Positions 12,433-26,850 of a DNA stretch of 64,000 nucleotides are shown here, piece after piece. Source of the DNA: Eledone cirrhosa. Its lineage: Eukaryota. The DNA is taken from assembly GCA_964016885.1 (NCBI GenBank), contig OZ024742.1, forward strand, positions 307,458,001 to 307,522,000. The letters run 5' to 3'. Both the position numbers and the translations under genes were made by a program. The notes under the pieces are model-generated. The model made no database searches. It was not told the origin of the DNA and saw only the letters and a program-made list of their open reading frames with translations. The stretch's first letter is position 1, and every line of letters begins with the position of its first letter.

Positions 12433-12433
<1 letters not shown>
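11840..12433 (+). mobile_element. bipartite non-autonomous RTE derivative (5' UTR + 3' end)
   Basis: The 5' part is shared with 56460-56680. The 3' part encodes a C2H2 remnant ([22 protein letters not shown]) and ends in the stem-loop TGGCCGTACTCGAAAACGAGTTGGCAGCCA. A near-identical copy lies at 63318-63806. Confidence 0.75.
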
Positions 12434-12489
<56 letters not shown>

Positions 12490-12492
<3 letters not shown>

Positions 12493-12680
12493 TAAAATAA
12501 CAGATTAAAGTTTTAGCAAAGAATCGCTGCTTTCACCCTTAACGGGATCTTCTGAAACTAACAAAGTCAATCTGTAAACGCAGAAGTGGATATTTCAAAA
12601 AACGTTGCAACCGGAGGATATATTTATCCTTATCGAGCCCTCTTTGGATTTTAGTCTTCAAATTTATTATTATTACTATA
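12490..12680. mobile_element. (TA)n-embedded repeat with internal inversion (same family as 4490-4850)
   Basis: 12490-12617 is the reverse complement of ~4667-4785, and 12618-12680 is a direct copy of ~4792-4855. Confidence 0.6.
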
Positions 12681-12724
12681 TATATATATATGTAGTAATA
12701 ATAATAAATATGTATGTATATATA

Positions 12725-12835
<111 letters not shown>

Positions 12836-13479
12836 GTATATATATGTATATATCTATATGCATATACAATGTATGTGTGCATGTGTGTGTGCGTGTATAC
12901 ATGTGTATGCCTTGATACGCTATGTCACTGCTTATAAACATACCACCAAATAGCCCACTGTTCAGTTCTTTGTAATTTCCATTCATCAAACATAGATACC
13001 TTTGTTTCTCAATAAGAAATATTTAAATATAAATAATATTCTATCAAGATATCATTACTGCTACATGGTGTAAATGGGGTAACTACAGACACGATTTACG
13101 TCACAAGATACTGATTGTGATGAAAACTTTAGGTTATTTCATGCTTTGCATTCTGAGAGTAAATAAACATTAAATTGATATATTATTTACGTACATATTT
13201 ACTTATGTTATGTTATGTTAAACTATGATATATAATGACATGTGATTTTATCAAATTAAAATTTCCTTACTCAATGCAACGTCGATATTTACGTGTCCCA
13301 ACGTTTTTAACTGGTTACCCATTCATTTCGTTTATGTTATCACTCTATTCTGTTTTATTTACTAAAGTTATATATATATACATATATCAATATTTTTGCT
13401 ATTTTTATTAATTAATTTGATTTATCGATTGCTTGTTATTATTTGTATATAGTTTATTGATGACCCTACTTAGTCATAA

Positions 13480-13960
13480 CTAGTGATGTAAAAATAGTCA
13501 AGGAAATAGAGAATCGAATTGCAAAGACCAGATCTGCTTTTGGTAAATTATATCACAGGCTATGGGATTATAGTGATGTGCCTTAGGGTAAAGGTTAAGA
13601 ACTCAAAGAGTTTTTTTTTGCCAGAGTTTGACCCCGTTACTTCACCTGACACACCATCATCACATGCCTTGCCGTTGGACAGCTGTCTGATGGCAGAGTT
13701 ATTTTCTGAAAGAGAAGGATTGTTTGAAATGTATTGCAATACAGGCTACAGCGAAGGATTGTTAACAATACCTATATTAACGTTTGAGTCTCTATTCAGA
13801 ACCCTTACGAAATATTTAGCCCACATTTTGGTTATGTCATGCTTGTCGGTTAATAATTCGTTTTCTAGAAAAAGGACTGAAGATAAACTGTTTGAAATAG
13901 GAACAAAGACCCCTTTAAGGTTCTGATAAAATGATTTCAAATCAACTTTGTTATATACTT
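13480..13960. mobile_element. rearranged RTE LINE fragments (plus 13480-13595; minus ~13600-13960)
   Basis: Plus: KEIENRIAKTRSAFGKLYHRLW. Minus: KSFYQNLKGVF...LLTDKHDITKMWAKYFVRVLNR. Both are RTE-type motifs. Confidence 0.7.
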
Positions 13961-15554
13961 CTAAGAGTATTTTTGCTGCTCCTGTCCCCCAGTTTTGTTT
14001 CATTTCATGAAGTTTGTTCCAAGTACGACTTTTTTGTATGTTTAAAATCTTTATGTTTGGAAATTGAGTTCTTATTAAGCATTCATATGCATTGACGTTT
14101 ATGCCTGTCCCCAAGAAGTGATTGTATTTTGGATCATTTGAGTCAAACATGCCGTGCTGCTTATAATGGATATAAACCTAATGATATTTTTGCTATCTCA
14201 AAGAGTGTGTCCCTCAGACTTGACCAAGAGTAACATCATGTTGGATGGTTGTTTATTGGATTCAGTAAAGAACACAGAAATGACGATATACCACAAATCA
14301 GGTAAAAAAAAAGATCATCATAAATAAAACGATGTGAAAGGTTTCAACATCCAAATTTTCGATTGATCGATTTGGCATACCTCTTCATAACTCAAATATG
14401 GGCATAATCAACATGAGGTGATTGACGAATCGGTTGCAAAATGGAACACCCTAACGCACAGTCACACACTCATATGATGACCCTATGATAAACAGGCGAA
14501 ACTACAGAGCAACATGACTCACTATTTAGCTTTAATAAAATGAATATTAAAATTCTAGTTAGGTATTGATTACTTTTCTATCAGCCGTCAACTACATGCG
14601 GATGTATATATATATATAAAAATATATATAATCTGAGTTTTTCGAATATTAATAATAATATTCGATTCGTTTGCAATTATGCAAACAGCCCCTTTAAAGC
14701 TATGTCAGTAGAATGATACCGTCATTCTTTCTCTTGTGTTGGCATGTAAAACAGAGCAGCAGACACTAACCTTTCATCAGTGCAGTATACTGCTTACTTG
14801 CTAACTGTCAGAGCTAGTGAATATATGTTATATTTTCTAAAATATACAGTGACTGATCGGTCTGATTTTCTTATTAACAGTTCTGTTTACATACCAACAT
14901 AAGAGCAAGTTTCTAATTGTTGCTGGACCGGCAACTACTCTACTTAATTAGATCCTAAACATCACTGGAATTCTATAAGAATGCAGCTTCTATAAGTTTC
15001 CATAAAAGCGAAGGGATAAGCAATCTTGATAACCGTTAACAAACGAGAAACAGCTGACGGTTGCTTCTCTTTGTTTTTGCCGAGACAAAGTAAGTGACAT
15101 AGTTACTACTTTAAAACTCATAGCGAATCGTCTTCAAAATGTTTTAAAATAAACAAACAGTATATTATTAAATATACTATTCATACATTCATACATACAT
15201 CGCTATTTGAGAGCACTGATACAAATTTATATATATATATATATAATTATCTACGTTCTGGCAGTAACATTACGATTATACCTCGCTTATGAGGCCTAAT
15301 AACATCTGAGTATGTCAAGATTTGTTGCTGTACTGCCAATATTCAATTTATTCTAATCTGAATCAATTTTAATTATATTGAATTACGGTGTTTTTTCAGC
15401 GGCTTTCCCGGCGTGAGAATTAAGATAATATTTTTCTTTTTCATTGTCCGTGTAATTATTATTAATTAAAATCTCTTCGCTCTCTACAATTGAATGAAGC
15501 AATTGTCTGTGTTTATTTTACCTTGTTATGCTATTTATTTGAAGCGTAAATATC

Positions 15555-15556
<2 letters not shown>

Positions 15557-15585
<29 letters not shown>

Positions 15586-15684
15586 CTTCTTCTTCTTCTT
15601 CTTCTTCTTCTTCTTCTTCTTCTTCTTCTTCTTCTTCTTCTTCTTCTTCTTCTTCTTCTTCTTCTTCTTCTTCTTCTTCTTCTT
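15557..15684. repeat. (TTC)n microsatellite
   Basis: Uninterrupted trinucleotide run that explains the poly-F/E/K ORFs. Confidence 0.97.
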
Positions 15685-16826
15685 CAACAGTAGACGATGG
15701 TTGGATCTGATAACAAATACGAATAACCACTTGTATTCTAGACACATTTTTACAAATTTGATATGGGGGCATATGCATGATTGATTAAATACAAGGTTGG
15801 CCTCAGATGGATTTGGACTTATCAACCAAATCTCCTTTCCTTTCTCAGTTCAAATCCTTCTGCCAGGGCCTCCAAAAGAAATTATGCAAGCCGGTACAAG
15901 ACCCCTTTGGGGCCTGAAGCAAACAAAGATTTTTCTCAAAATGGATGTTGCATTGTTGCTGTGGGGCCTTCAGCGATCTTGGGTCTCGGAACAAAGTACC
16001 GGCTGGACGCACCCCCCTTCCCCGCTCAAATAGGCCCTGACTGTTATCGAAGACATGATCGAAATATTTAAAACAATGAAAGAATATTATAAAGATAAAA
16101 AATTCATACATCAAAACAAAGAAAACATGGAATTTCCACGGGCTTCACTATTTTCTCCTATTCTAGTTTTGCAATCAAATGTTATTACTCTAATTTACTA
16201 TTATTAGATAATATTTTATTGTATTCGCATTCTCATAAGTTATATGCTTGTTGTTTGCAATTCAAGGAAAACTTACTTTTACAAATACAATGAAAATAAG
16301 ATATATTGAAATCAATTACATTCTTGTCTCATTTTACTGGTTTCAGTAATTGAACTGGTTTTATGCTGATGATTCACATTGATTATATTGATGTTAGTAT
16401 TCTACCATCAAATTGTTTCATCTCTTCTCGGCCATTCTCGGCCAATCTTCAACTGCTGAACAATATTTAAGCCACACGTCTACGGTTTTACTATTACTCC
16501 CACCGTGACCACTGAAAATACACATGAACAATACGTCAAATATATTACCATTCTTATTCTGATGAGGGGACTATGAAGGTCTAGAAACAATTCATAGATC
16601 TGAAAAAGAAATAATTATTCCAAACAAAACAAATACCTCAAAATGAAAATATATGTATAGAGCACAGTCAGGTTTTCAATAACACACAACACTCATGCGC
16701 GTACTCACACACATATTCAAATTTAATGGTATCAGACATTAGACAGCACCCAAACTGGAACACCCCGTTGAATTAGTCGATCATACGTATATACATCCCA
16801 GTGTTTATATTATCGATGATGTTTAC

Positions 16827-16913
<87 letters not shown>

Positions 16914-17144
16914 TATATTATATATATATGTTCATTTATTATGGTAAGCTTTGTTTCTCTGGAATATCACCTACGCACTCGCAGTACCACCAGACAGACC
17001 TGTCTGATGAACCTGCGAGTGCGCATGTGCAACTCAATAGTAATCAGGTTCACCACATAGTCAAAATATATGAGTATTTAAACTCTACTTCAGTTTCCAG
17101 TAATGTTCACGTCCCTCAACTCAATATCTCCTCTCTTTCTCTCT

Positions 17145-17395
<251 letters not shown>

Positions 17396-17880
17396 ATATA
17401 TATATATATATAAATGTAAATAGAGAAATTAATGTGAGCAAGAAGCCAACAGTGTTTCATAATATATGTGACTATAACATCAAAATGGAAAATATTTAAC
17501 GTAAGATATGGGAAAATAATTCAAACTCAATTAAAAAAAAATCAAGACAGAGATTTTATCCACAGATTTTGTGAAATCCATTGAAAAAAACCAATGGAGT
17601 CTTAACTCAGAATAAAATAAAGTTTAAATACTCATCCTTCAATTTAGAAAAACTACAAATGCTAAAATATGCCAGAAAGGGAATTTAAAAGCAGGCTAGT
17701 TCACCTCGTGCGGAATTATGAAAATAAACACACATGGAGAAACATGGCTGGTGACGTCAGAATGAGACGAATGTCTGTTTACAAGAAACAGCAGTCAAAA
17801 CATTGCGAAAAACTCAACAAAAATGTATGGAGTTCAGCATATAGCAATATTATCTCGGTTATATATATATATATATATAC

Positions 17881-17995
<115 letters not shown>

Positions 17996-19061
17996 TATAT
18001 AATTTCTTTCATTAATTTTAGTGTTATTTAGGAAATGCATTTCGAACGAATTTAAAGTTCAAATTTGACAAGTAATCATGAAAATCCATTGTCACATAAT
18101 TTCTCTAAATCGCTGTATCCATTCAGCGCACGTTTCTGTGTCGAGGAATTACTAAAGATTTCTCTATAATTTAAATGGCGCCAGTATTGATTTATTTAGC
18201 AGATACAGGTTTCGTAGAGTTATAAATGAAGGGGAATGAAACTTTGATGTTCATTTGGGCATTTTTCTGACGTAAGTGACGTGAAATCGATCTCGTTAAG
18301 ATAAAGGCAAAACAGATCCTGGTATACATAATCCCGGTGGCGAATTGTAAGTGTCGATAAGGCTTTGGACTCACAGTCCCTCATTATCTTTTCCGGCTCA
18401 CTGTGTTCTGAGTTTAAATTCCAATGATGTTTACTTTGCCTTCCAGTTTTTCTAGGTCGATACATACACTGCCAGTATAATATTGGGTTCGATTCTTTCT
18501 CTCATCTGCTCTCTTTCACCTCTTTATTTTTTCTCTCGTTGCCTTTTTCTTTGAAGGAAATGAGTTGTGTTCTGATTTGGAAAGAGAATCAAATTCTTCA
18601 CCAGGTTTAAAAATGTCCAAAGCATGGCGTGTCTCGACGGCCCACCTAGGACTCCGTTAGGATGTTTGAGCGGGTATTTTACCTATATTTCATCTGTTTT
18701 CTTGTTTGACACTATCACTTGTACCCTGATTATCTTTAGCGCAATACACTCTATTGTAAACTTTCGGACCTGTTGACTCATTTGAGGGTCCATTCCTCAG
18801 TCTCAACAATTTCAGAGGCCCTGAAGAAGCATGGGCTATCACTCTAAATTCAGACTAAATGATATTATTAATTTCGACTATGTTTTCGATTCCGTTCATT
18901 AGCTTAGAAGTCAGTGAATTGGCAGAGTCGTTGTTAGAACGTCGGATAGCATGCGTTACAATATTAGTTTCGGCTTTCTCTCTCTCTATATATATATACA
19001 CACATACATACACATAAATACACACATATACATACACATAAATATACATAAATACACATAA

Positions 19062-19135
<74 letters not shown>

Positions 19136-19956
19136 GTGTGTGTGTGTGTGTGTGTACTTGTATATAGATACAGACAGTTAGTCAAATACAACTTATATTC
19201 TCAACGTATTCACGTGGCAGTTCATACTTTGCGATTAACGCTTTGGACACTTGAATTATTAAGTCTGTTTCTGACAAATGTATTTTCAAGCGAATATCTT
19301 TTAAAAAATTACATGTTATATTGGCAGACTGAAATACTAACTGACAAATCACGCATACCTGCCTGTCGGCTAGAGTATATATAATCTTACATCCATTTTC
19401 TAGCAGCATCCGATTTATTCTCTAGCTTTCTCTGTTGTCTATATCTCTCTACCCACTTCTTTCTCTTTCTGAATTTCATTTTTTGCCTGTTGTTTGTTTT
19501 CTATGCTTACTTCCTTGTGTTTATCTACGTCTGACTACTACAAACCATCAAAGAATTCTCTATGTTAATGTACAACCTTCAGGCACTTCGTCAAATAACA
19601 AGCTACCATCTTAGAAAAGAAAGATACATTGAATCTTGTGCTTCTAGATGAAATGTGTCTGGTAAAAATACACGGCATTCACGTCTGGAACGTCTTTTGA
19701 CTATAGCTCTGGGCTCACCTACGGCTAAACAATGACGTCAACAACGACGATGACGTTGACTGCAACAACGATGACGTTGACTGCAACAACAGTGACGTCG
19801 ACAACAACATCAAAAACTAACGTGATGTCGATAACGACAATAACAACAAAATCAACATCAACAGTATCGATGGCAATAACCACAGAAAATGCAACAACGA
19901 CAACAATAACAATAGAATCAATATTAATGACATCAACAATAACATCAATAATGACA

Positions 19957-20429
19957 AGGTGGTTTTCTGCTCGCAAGTGTAGTGTGCATATTGATATATA
20001 AGCATTTAGATACGATACGTCAAATAAAATCGTAATTGAGAATATGCACAGAAATTGAAGAGAGACTGTGTTACAGTCTCTTCTGCAATCAGTAAAGTAA
20101 TCCATGATACATAAAAAAAAGACGATATTATATATAAACTGCATTAGGAGAAAATTAGCGACGGAAATATATGCACGTTTATATAAGCGATGTAATAATA
20201 ATATAACGGGCGCTAACCGGAAGTGTTGACATTTGAAAATTTTAAAGAAGTGAATCTTGAAATAACCAATACAATTATTTTTATTTAATCAAGAGTTACG
20301 AAATTTAGTACTTAAATTATGTAATATTCATTGATTATTTATTCAAAGTAATCCAACTTATTTTACAAACGGGGTAAAAAAAATATATCCTGGACGCAGT
20401 CCCGCACTCCTTCCTTTATTATATTATGA
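19957..20429 (-). mobile_element. non-autonomous Helitron-like repeat (3'-truncated)
   Basis: Reverse-complement homologue of 38357-38797. The minus-strand start is A|TCATAATATAATAAAGG. Confidence 0.5.
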
Positions 20430-21092
20430 TTACAACAAATACAATAATAACAAGAACAACAATAACAACAAAAACATCAACAATAACAATAACAACAGGA
20501 ACAAAAGCAATAACGAGCCAATAAAGGAGACTCTATGTTCGCAGTTGACTTACGAGAATTAATAGTCAAATCACCGATAACATCATTTAAAGTAAGAACA
20601 CCGATAGTGTATTCCTCAATTTACTGATTCTGTAATGTAGATGACGTGGTCCCAACTGGAGCATCTTTGACAATAGTTGTACTAAAAATATTAAAAACAA
20701 AGATTGATATAATAAATAGGAAAAGAGAAAAAGGAGAATAGAAGGCAAGGAGTGAGAAACATGGGAGCGACAAAGGAGGAAGGGAGAAGAGAAGGGAAAA
20801 GTTTACACCCCTTGGATGGTTGCTATATCGCAGCTGTGACCCGCGGACAAGGTAGGGTAAGTATTGCCACAACAACCGCTGCATCAATCATTCCACCCCA
20901 TATGAATGTTACGCTAATGTATATCGGTGAAATATGTAAACATTGGAATAAGTAGCGCAAGATACTTTTCTTCGAAATCACAGATCTGTGATTTCCCAAA
21001 CCTTCTTTCGTCACTGTCGCCATCAAAAATATAGTGTAGCTGTAATTGGTCAGTTGGAATACATGGTACTGTTGTTTAAAATTGCAATATGA

Positions 21093-21307
21093 AATAATTG
21101 TTTCTATTTTTGGCACAAGGCCAGCAATTATCCCAGTGGATAATTGCTGGCCTTATGCCAAAAATAGTACTTTATTTTATCGACCCGGTAAGGATGAAAG
21201 GCAAAGTTAACCTTGGCAGGATTTGAACTCAGACCGTAAAGGGACGTAACTCTATGTTGCAAACCGTGGCGTCCGACCCGCTACTGATACTGCCAATCAA
21301 CCGCCCT
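21093..21307 (-). mobile_element. tRNA-derived SINE family A with internal fold-back
   Basis: Family A sequence containing a hairpin with 30-bp arms at 21104-21167. Confidence 0.85.
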
Positions 21308-22179
21308 TTGCAATATAAAATAATGCCTCGTAGATGTAGCTTGTGACAAGTGGAGCAAAATTTGTGTTTAGCCATAGACGTTTTTTGAAGCGCGAATGTT
21401 TGTTTATCCACATTACAATAAATATTTTCGAATTGTATGAAAGAAGAACCCTATTTTATAAGAGCGAAAGAGATGAGATTTAATGATATTCATATTCTCA
21501 AAGATATTAGTAGAGTTGCCAAAAAAATACAGTTTCAACATCGACACACTGTCACCTACTGCAAGATTTGATCTACGATATTAACTTCTCAAGAAGTAAT
21601 AATGATAATTGTATTACAACTATCATAGGGGAAATAATTATTTCTTATACAAACATTTAGTGAAAGTTTAAAAACAAAAGATATTTGCGCTTGTATTTTG
21701 TGGTTTACACATCAAAATTAAATTCTCTCTTATAATTAGACGATGAAAATGCAAAAAGTATTTTAATTCTGTTCAAATACGACTTACCAGATCTCCTTCA
21801 GTGTATTTTTATGTATCTAATTAGCGTCTATTTGATAAGAGAAATCGTAGATTATAGAGGATTAAATGGAGTAGAGCAAATTAGCTGTGTAGATAAGAAC
21901 TTACCTTCACAACTACATGGTTTCATCTTCAATAGGGCTGGGTCAACCAAATGTGTTTTAGTATAATCTGGCAAGCAGAAACTGTGTGGAAGCTCTCGTC
22001 GAGGAGGTCAATCATGTTCTTAGTTATCAGACATATCCGTTGCCCAGTTCAACACTAGTACATGGTCCCGGAGGCTTTTAATGGAGTACATTCTGTTACA
22101 AATATTACGGCTCCAAGAACGAGTGTTCCAGTTGATTTTATGAAAGGAACAGCCTGCTCATTGCAGGTAAAGGTCATTT

Positions 22180-22307
22180 TTGTTAGTCAGCCAAGTGGAC
22201 CGTAGCAACGTGAAATAATGTGTTTTGTACAAAGGCAAGGCACCAGTGGGAATCGAACTCACGATCGTAATATCCTGAACCAAACACTCTAACAATTAAG
22301 CCACGCA
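22180..22307 (-). mobile_element. tRNA-derived SINE (second family)
   Basis: Minus strand GCGTGGCTTAATTGTTAG (A-box-like) and GAGTTCGATTCC (B-box-like), with a body similar to 63033-63137. Confidence 0.65.
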
Positions 22308-22727
22308 TCTTTACTCTGATGTACCTATTTGGGTTATGTCTCCTGTGTGAAAATAATTTCTCCCCAGATCCAGTCAATTCGAAGGGCATCCAAACAGTTT
22401 CCGTCTACCGAATTCCACACACAAGACATGGGTCAGTACGAAGCTATGGTAAATGACACTTGGCCGAGAGGACACAAAATGGGATCGAAATCTGGACAGA
22501 AATATTACGAGGCGAATATTTTAACTTTTCGCCCACAGCCGTAAATAATATGCGTGTGAAATAATCAGTTAATACATTCGTCAGCTAAGTGAAATTTCCC
22601 TGTGGCAAGTCGGAATGAAATGACAGTGACCAACTTTAAGCTAATGGCAGTGATGAACAGGAAATGTAGTTTTGTATATGGATATGTGTGTCTGAAGATA
22701 TTTTCACTTCATGCCTTTGTATTTCAG

Positions 22728-22909
22728 TTCTTATTACACCTGTCAATTACTCGTTACAGCAATGCTTTGCTGAAGGAATAATTACTGATCGTTCACGTCC
22801 ATTGCTCGTGTTGCTGACCACTTACCAAACAAGAATATTACAACTCAATACACCTTTATGGTGGATTTATATGCAGCAATATATTGATGTCATAAAGAAA
22901 GATTTTATA
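22728..22909 (+). CDS. possible host exon (unverified)
   Basis: Acceptor TTGTATTTCAG, an open non-repetitive frame (LITPVNYSLQQCFAEG...KKDFI) and donor GTGAGC. No recognisable homology. Confidence 0.25.
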
Positions 22910-23690
22910 GTGAGCTTTCATTTCTCTAACCCACATTTCCCTCGTCCATATTCCAACTTTTACTTGTTTCTTTTTCAATATATTTATACCAAAGGCCCCT
23001 ACAATGTATAACAACCTTCCTATGTTACACAATCAGGGCCAACGGTCGAATATTTTATGTGACCGACCGATTGATGGATCTCCGTCGGTTCCAATGACGG
23101 ATGTACATGGCTGATGACTCTTGCCCAGGAAGTAACGATAGCAAAGCAAACCTTTTAACAATTTGGCCACGATACATCCACAGGAATCACATATATATTC
23201 ATGTGTAGGTTGATATATCGTTGACTACTTAAAAATAAGCATTTTGTGAGTAAATCGAACCTCGTTAAAAGTCTGATATTTATTTTAACTCGAGAGAATG
23301 AAACCTGAACTTAACATTCGAGAAATTATGTATTATGATACGAAAATGCATATTAAAATTAAATATAGGTAACGTTATAATATTTCATAATTAATAACAA
23401 TTATGAAACTACTATTTGAGAGCATATGATGACAAAATCAGGTAAGGTTTATCGTAGCTTCTACTATTTATTGCCATTGGGCTGTCACTCAAAAATACAG
23501 CCTTTTGTACACAATATGTCTTATGTTTAGGAATAGAATGTAATACATATTTTGTACAAAAGGTCGTGCTGTTAACTGACACAGTTCAATGGCAATAAAA
23601 ATTAATAACTTTACCAATATTGCCGCTATTTTTATCTCAGGCTAATACTGACACATACACGCACTCAAACAGACACACCCCCCCCCCCCC

Positions 23691-23787
<97 letters not shown>

Positions 23788-25723
23788 CTGTGTGTGTCTG
23801 TGTGCCTGTGTGTGTCTGTGTGTATGTGTATGTGTGTGTGTGTGTATATGTGCGTGTGTATAGATGTCTGAGTGTGTGAAAGCTAGTGTAAGTGTAAGTG
23901 TATGTATATAACAATATATAACCCCGGAAACAATTAGAAAAGAAGAATATTTCATCTTTTGAGCAATAAATCATTTTTTGCTTCGCATTGATGTGGTTAT
24001 TGTTTCAACTGTTATTGTAGTTGGCATTTTTGAATTTATTACAATGGTCATTGTTACAGCTAGTTTTATTCTTGATTTTGCTACTGGTTTTAATGTCGTT
24101 AAGTTTATTGTAGTTCTTTCAGTTTCTAATTTTGTCAGAACTTGCACAACTATTTTAGCTAATTAGTTTTTTCCTGACAATAGAGTTAACATAAATATAT
24201 ACTTGTTTCGTTTTCAGTTTCTAAGACAGGAAATTTATAGTCGGAAGCGAAGACAGAGTAACCTTCCCGGAGTCGGAAAAAAACATTGCTTTTATTTCCT
24301 GTTCATACTGACAGAAATAAAGAAACAATATAATAGGCAATACTTTTGTATTCTAATTCTATGTGGGGAGATTCTAATTTATCAGGCCTTTATTTTAATT
24401 GTAGAAAGTTTAAGTACTTAGGGAATTGGTTCTACAAAAAACAAATTAACACAAAAACTTTGAATGAATTAAATTATTTTTCTAGACATTTTTGACCAGT
24501 TTTGTATAAGGCGTAGAAGCATTCAAATAATTCGGCAGAGTATATTAGTGATACACATCTAATGATCTCAGTGTAGTGACAAGGAAAAATTACCCTCACC
24601 GGAGTACAGTTTTAAATCTGAAAAGGATTTATTCTGGCGCCTTCAGCAATTTACCACAACGAATTACTAGATTCTTATTCAGAATCAAAGCTACTATTTT
24701 GAAAAATGGACAAATGAGACCATGTGGCTATCGTGAGGATTAGCAAGGAAAATGAAATATGTTGGATTGAGTCGCGAATCAAAACCTATCTTGTAAAGCT
24801 ACTGATATAGCAACGGTGAAAATTAATATGCCAGTGACATAATTTTGGTGAATTATATTAATGGTAATTGAAAGTCAATTGTTTCGACCACAGTTATCAA
24901 AGGCAGTATAACAACTAAATGTCTTACCACCTACAGCTGATTGTCTGATAAGCTACCAACTTGGATGGTAGAGTTATTAATCACACAGTTTAATACCACT
25001 ATGTGGCTCTTGTGTAACTTTAGCAGAGTCTGCAAGCATTTGAACAAGATATTGGAGGGCTTAGTCATGAGTATTACCCCTCTCTTATTGACAAAACAGA
25101 AAAATTCAACAAGAGAAAACTACACCTGTCTCTATATTCCATGCTGGCAATGTAATGTTTTTATTTTCTTATTTGTTCCTCTATTCCCTCGGTTATATTC
25201 AAAAGGCCAGCCATGTCACATACTCTGTCCCGATGAATTTTCCCGAGAACTCACGTTAGGGATACATGTGTTTGTCTAATAATTAGACACTTGTACGTTT
25301 ATTTCACGAGCAAGCTGGTTCATTGAGCTAACAATTAGAATAATCATCGTCGAAATCGATGGATGTTCATTCCACCAATCCAGTAAAAATGTCGTATCAT
25401 CTTTCTAGCTTTATACCCCTACCCTTCAATTTCTCTCTCGAAGTAATCGGTGAATGCTGCGAGCCAAGTTTAAATATCCAAGAAACGTTGTCTGTTAGAA
25501 AGGCGCCCCTACGACTCCATCAAGAATTGTAACACATGAGGTCATAGATTTAGGCAGAGAAGATGAGAGATAGAGAGAGGGGGGGGGGGGTAGAAAAAGA
25601 CGGAGAATCACAAAGAGAGAGAGAATGGGGAGTTGGGGGGGGGGAGACAGAGAGTCATAAAGAGAGAGGAAGAGACATAGAGAGAGAAAGAGGAGGATAA
25701 AAAGACGGAGAGTCATAAAGAGT

Positions 25724-25780
<57 letters not shown>

Positions 25781-26342
25781 GGAGAGTCATAAAGAGTTTT
25801 GATACAGGATTTAAAATCAGAATGAAAATGGATGTTGTTATTTAATACCACATGGCGCATTGTCCAACAATTTACAGCTGTGCCAATTCAGCCAGTCAAC
25901 CACAATGTTTTGTATGTTCACCTATATTTGTTTGGTTATTGAGTTCTTACATTCACACACGTTTATAAAGGAATTAGAAACTGTTGATTCAATCGATTCC
26001 AGTCCAGTCCTCTCTATTCTAGTTCATTTCGGTTTACTCAAATTCATTCCCCTTCACTTCCGTTCGTTCCAGTTCATTACGCTTCATTCTAATCCATTCC
26101 AACTTTTTCTGGGTACTAACGTTATTGATTATCACCATAGAGGTTTGAAAACTAAAGTCGATCCTGTGGAGAGTTAAACTAAGAATATTGAGGAACGGAA
26201 TTAACGAACGCAAGTAATGCATTCTGCCGATCTGTCACTAAGCTAATCACTTATCGCTAATCACATTATGAAAATTTAAGTTGAGCACATGTACATTGGA
26301 TATACCATTCATGTGACATTTATAGTAGCTGTAACAATAATT

Positions 26343-26435
<93 letters not shown>

Positions 26436-26534
26436 GTATATAATTAAAAGTTTAATAAGGTTCATTGAATTAATCAATGAATAAAGTTTTACAATAGATT
26501 AGAAGCACTCAACAAGTAGGTTTTCTGGAGTTAT

Positions 26535-26759
26535 TAATATTACTTCAAAATATTAATAAATATAGACATTCATGTGATCAAAAATATTTTATTATCCTGC
26601 CAAGACTGGATTGGAACCATCAGCACAGTCGAGGTATGTCAGACATCAATTTAGTTTATCTGATGAGAACGTACTGATGAAATAGTTCAGTACCTCTGAA
26701 ATATGTATAATAAAATATATTTGATCACATGAATGTCTATATTTATTAATATTTTGAAG

Positions 26760-26765
<6 letters not shown>
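26535..26765. mobile_element. PLE-like remnant with ~55-bp inverted ends
   Basis: 26538-26595 is the reverse complement of ~26707-26765. CTGATGA occurs twice internally and (TA)n is adjacent. Confidence 0.5.

Positions 26766-26850
<85 letters not shown>

Noticed and set aside
16995-17055. CTGATGA followed by AACCTG/CAGGTT pairing
   Set aside because: No GAAA or cleavage triplet follows.
19725-19957. Thr-rich mucin-like ORF (also 34850-35314)
   Set aside because: Degenerate (ACA/ACG)n trinucleotide repeat with no exon support.
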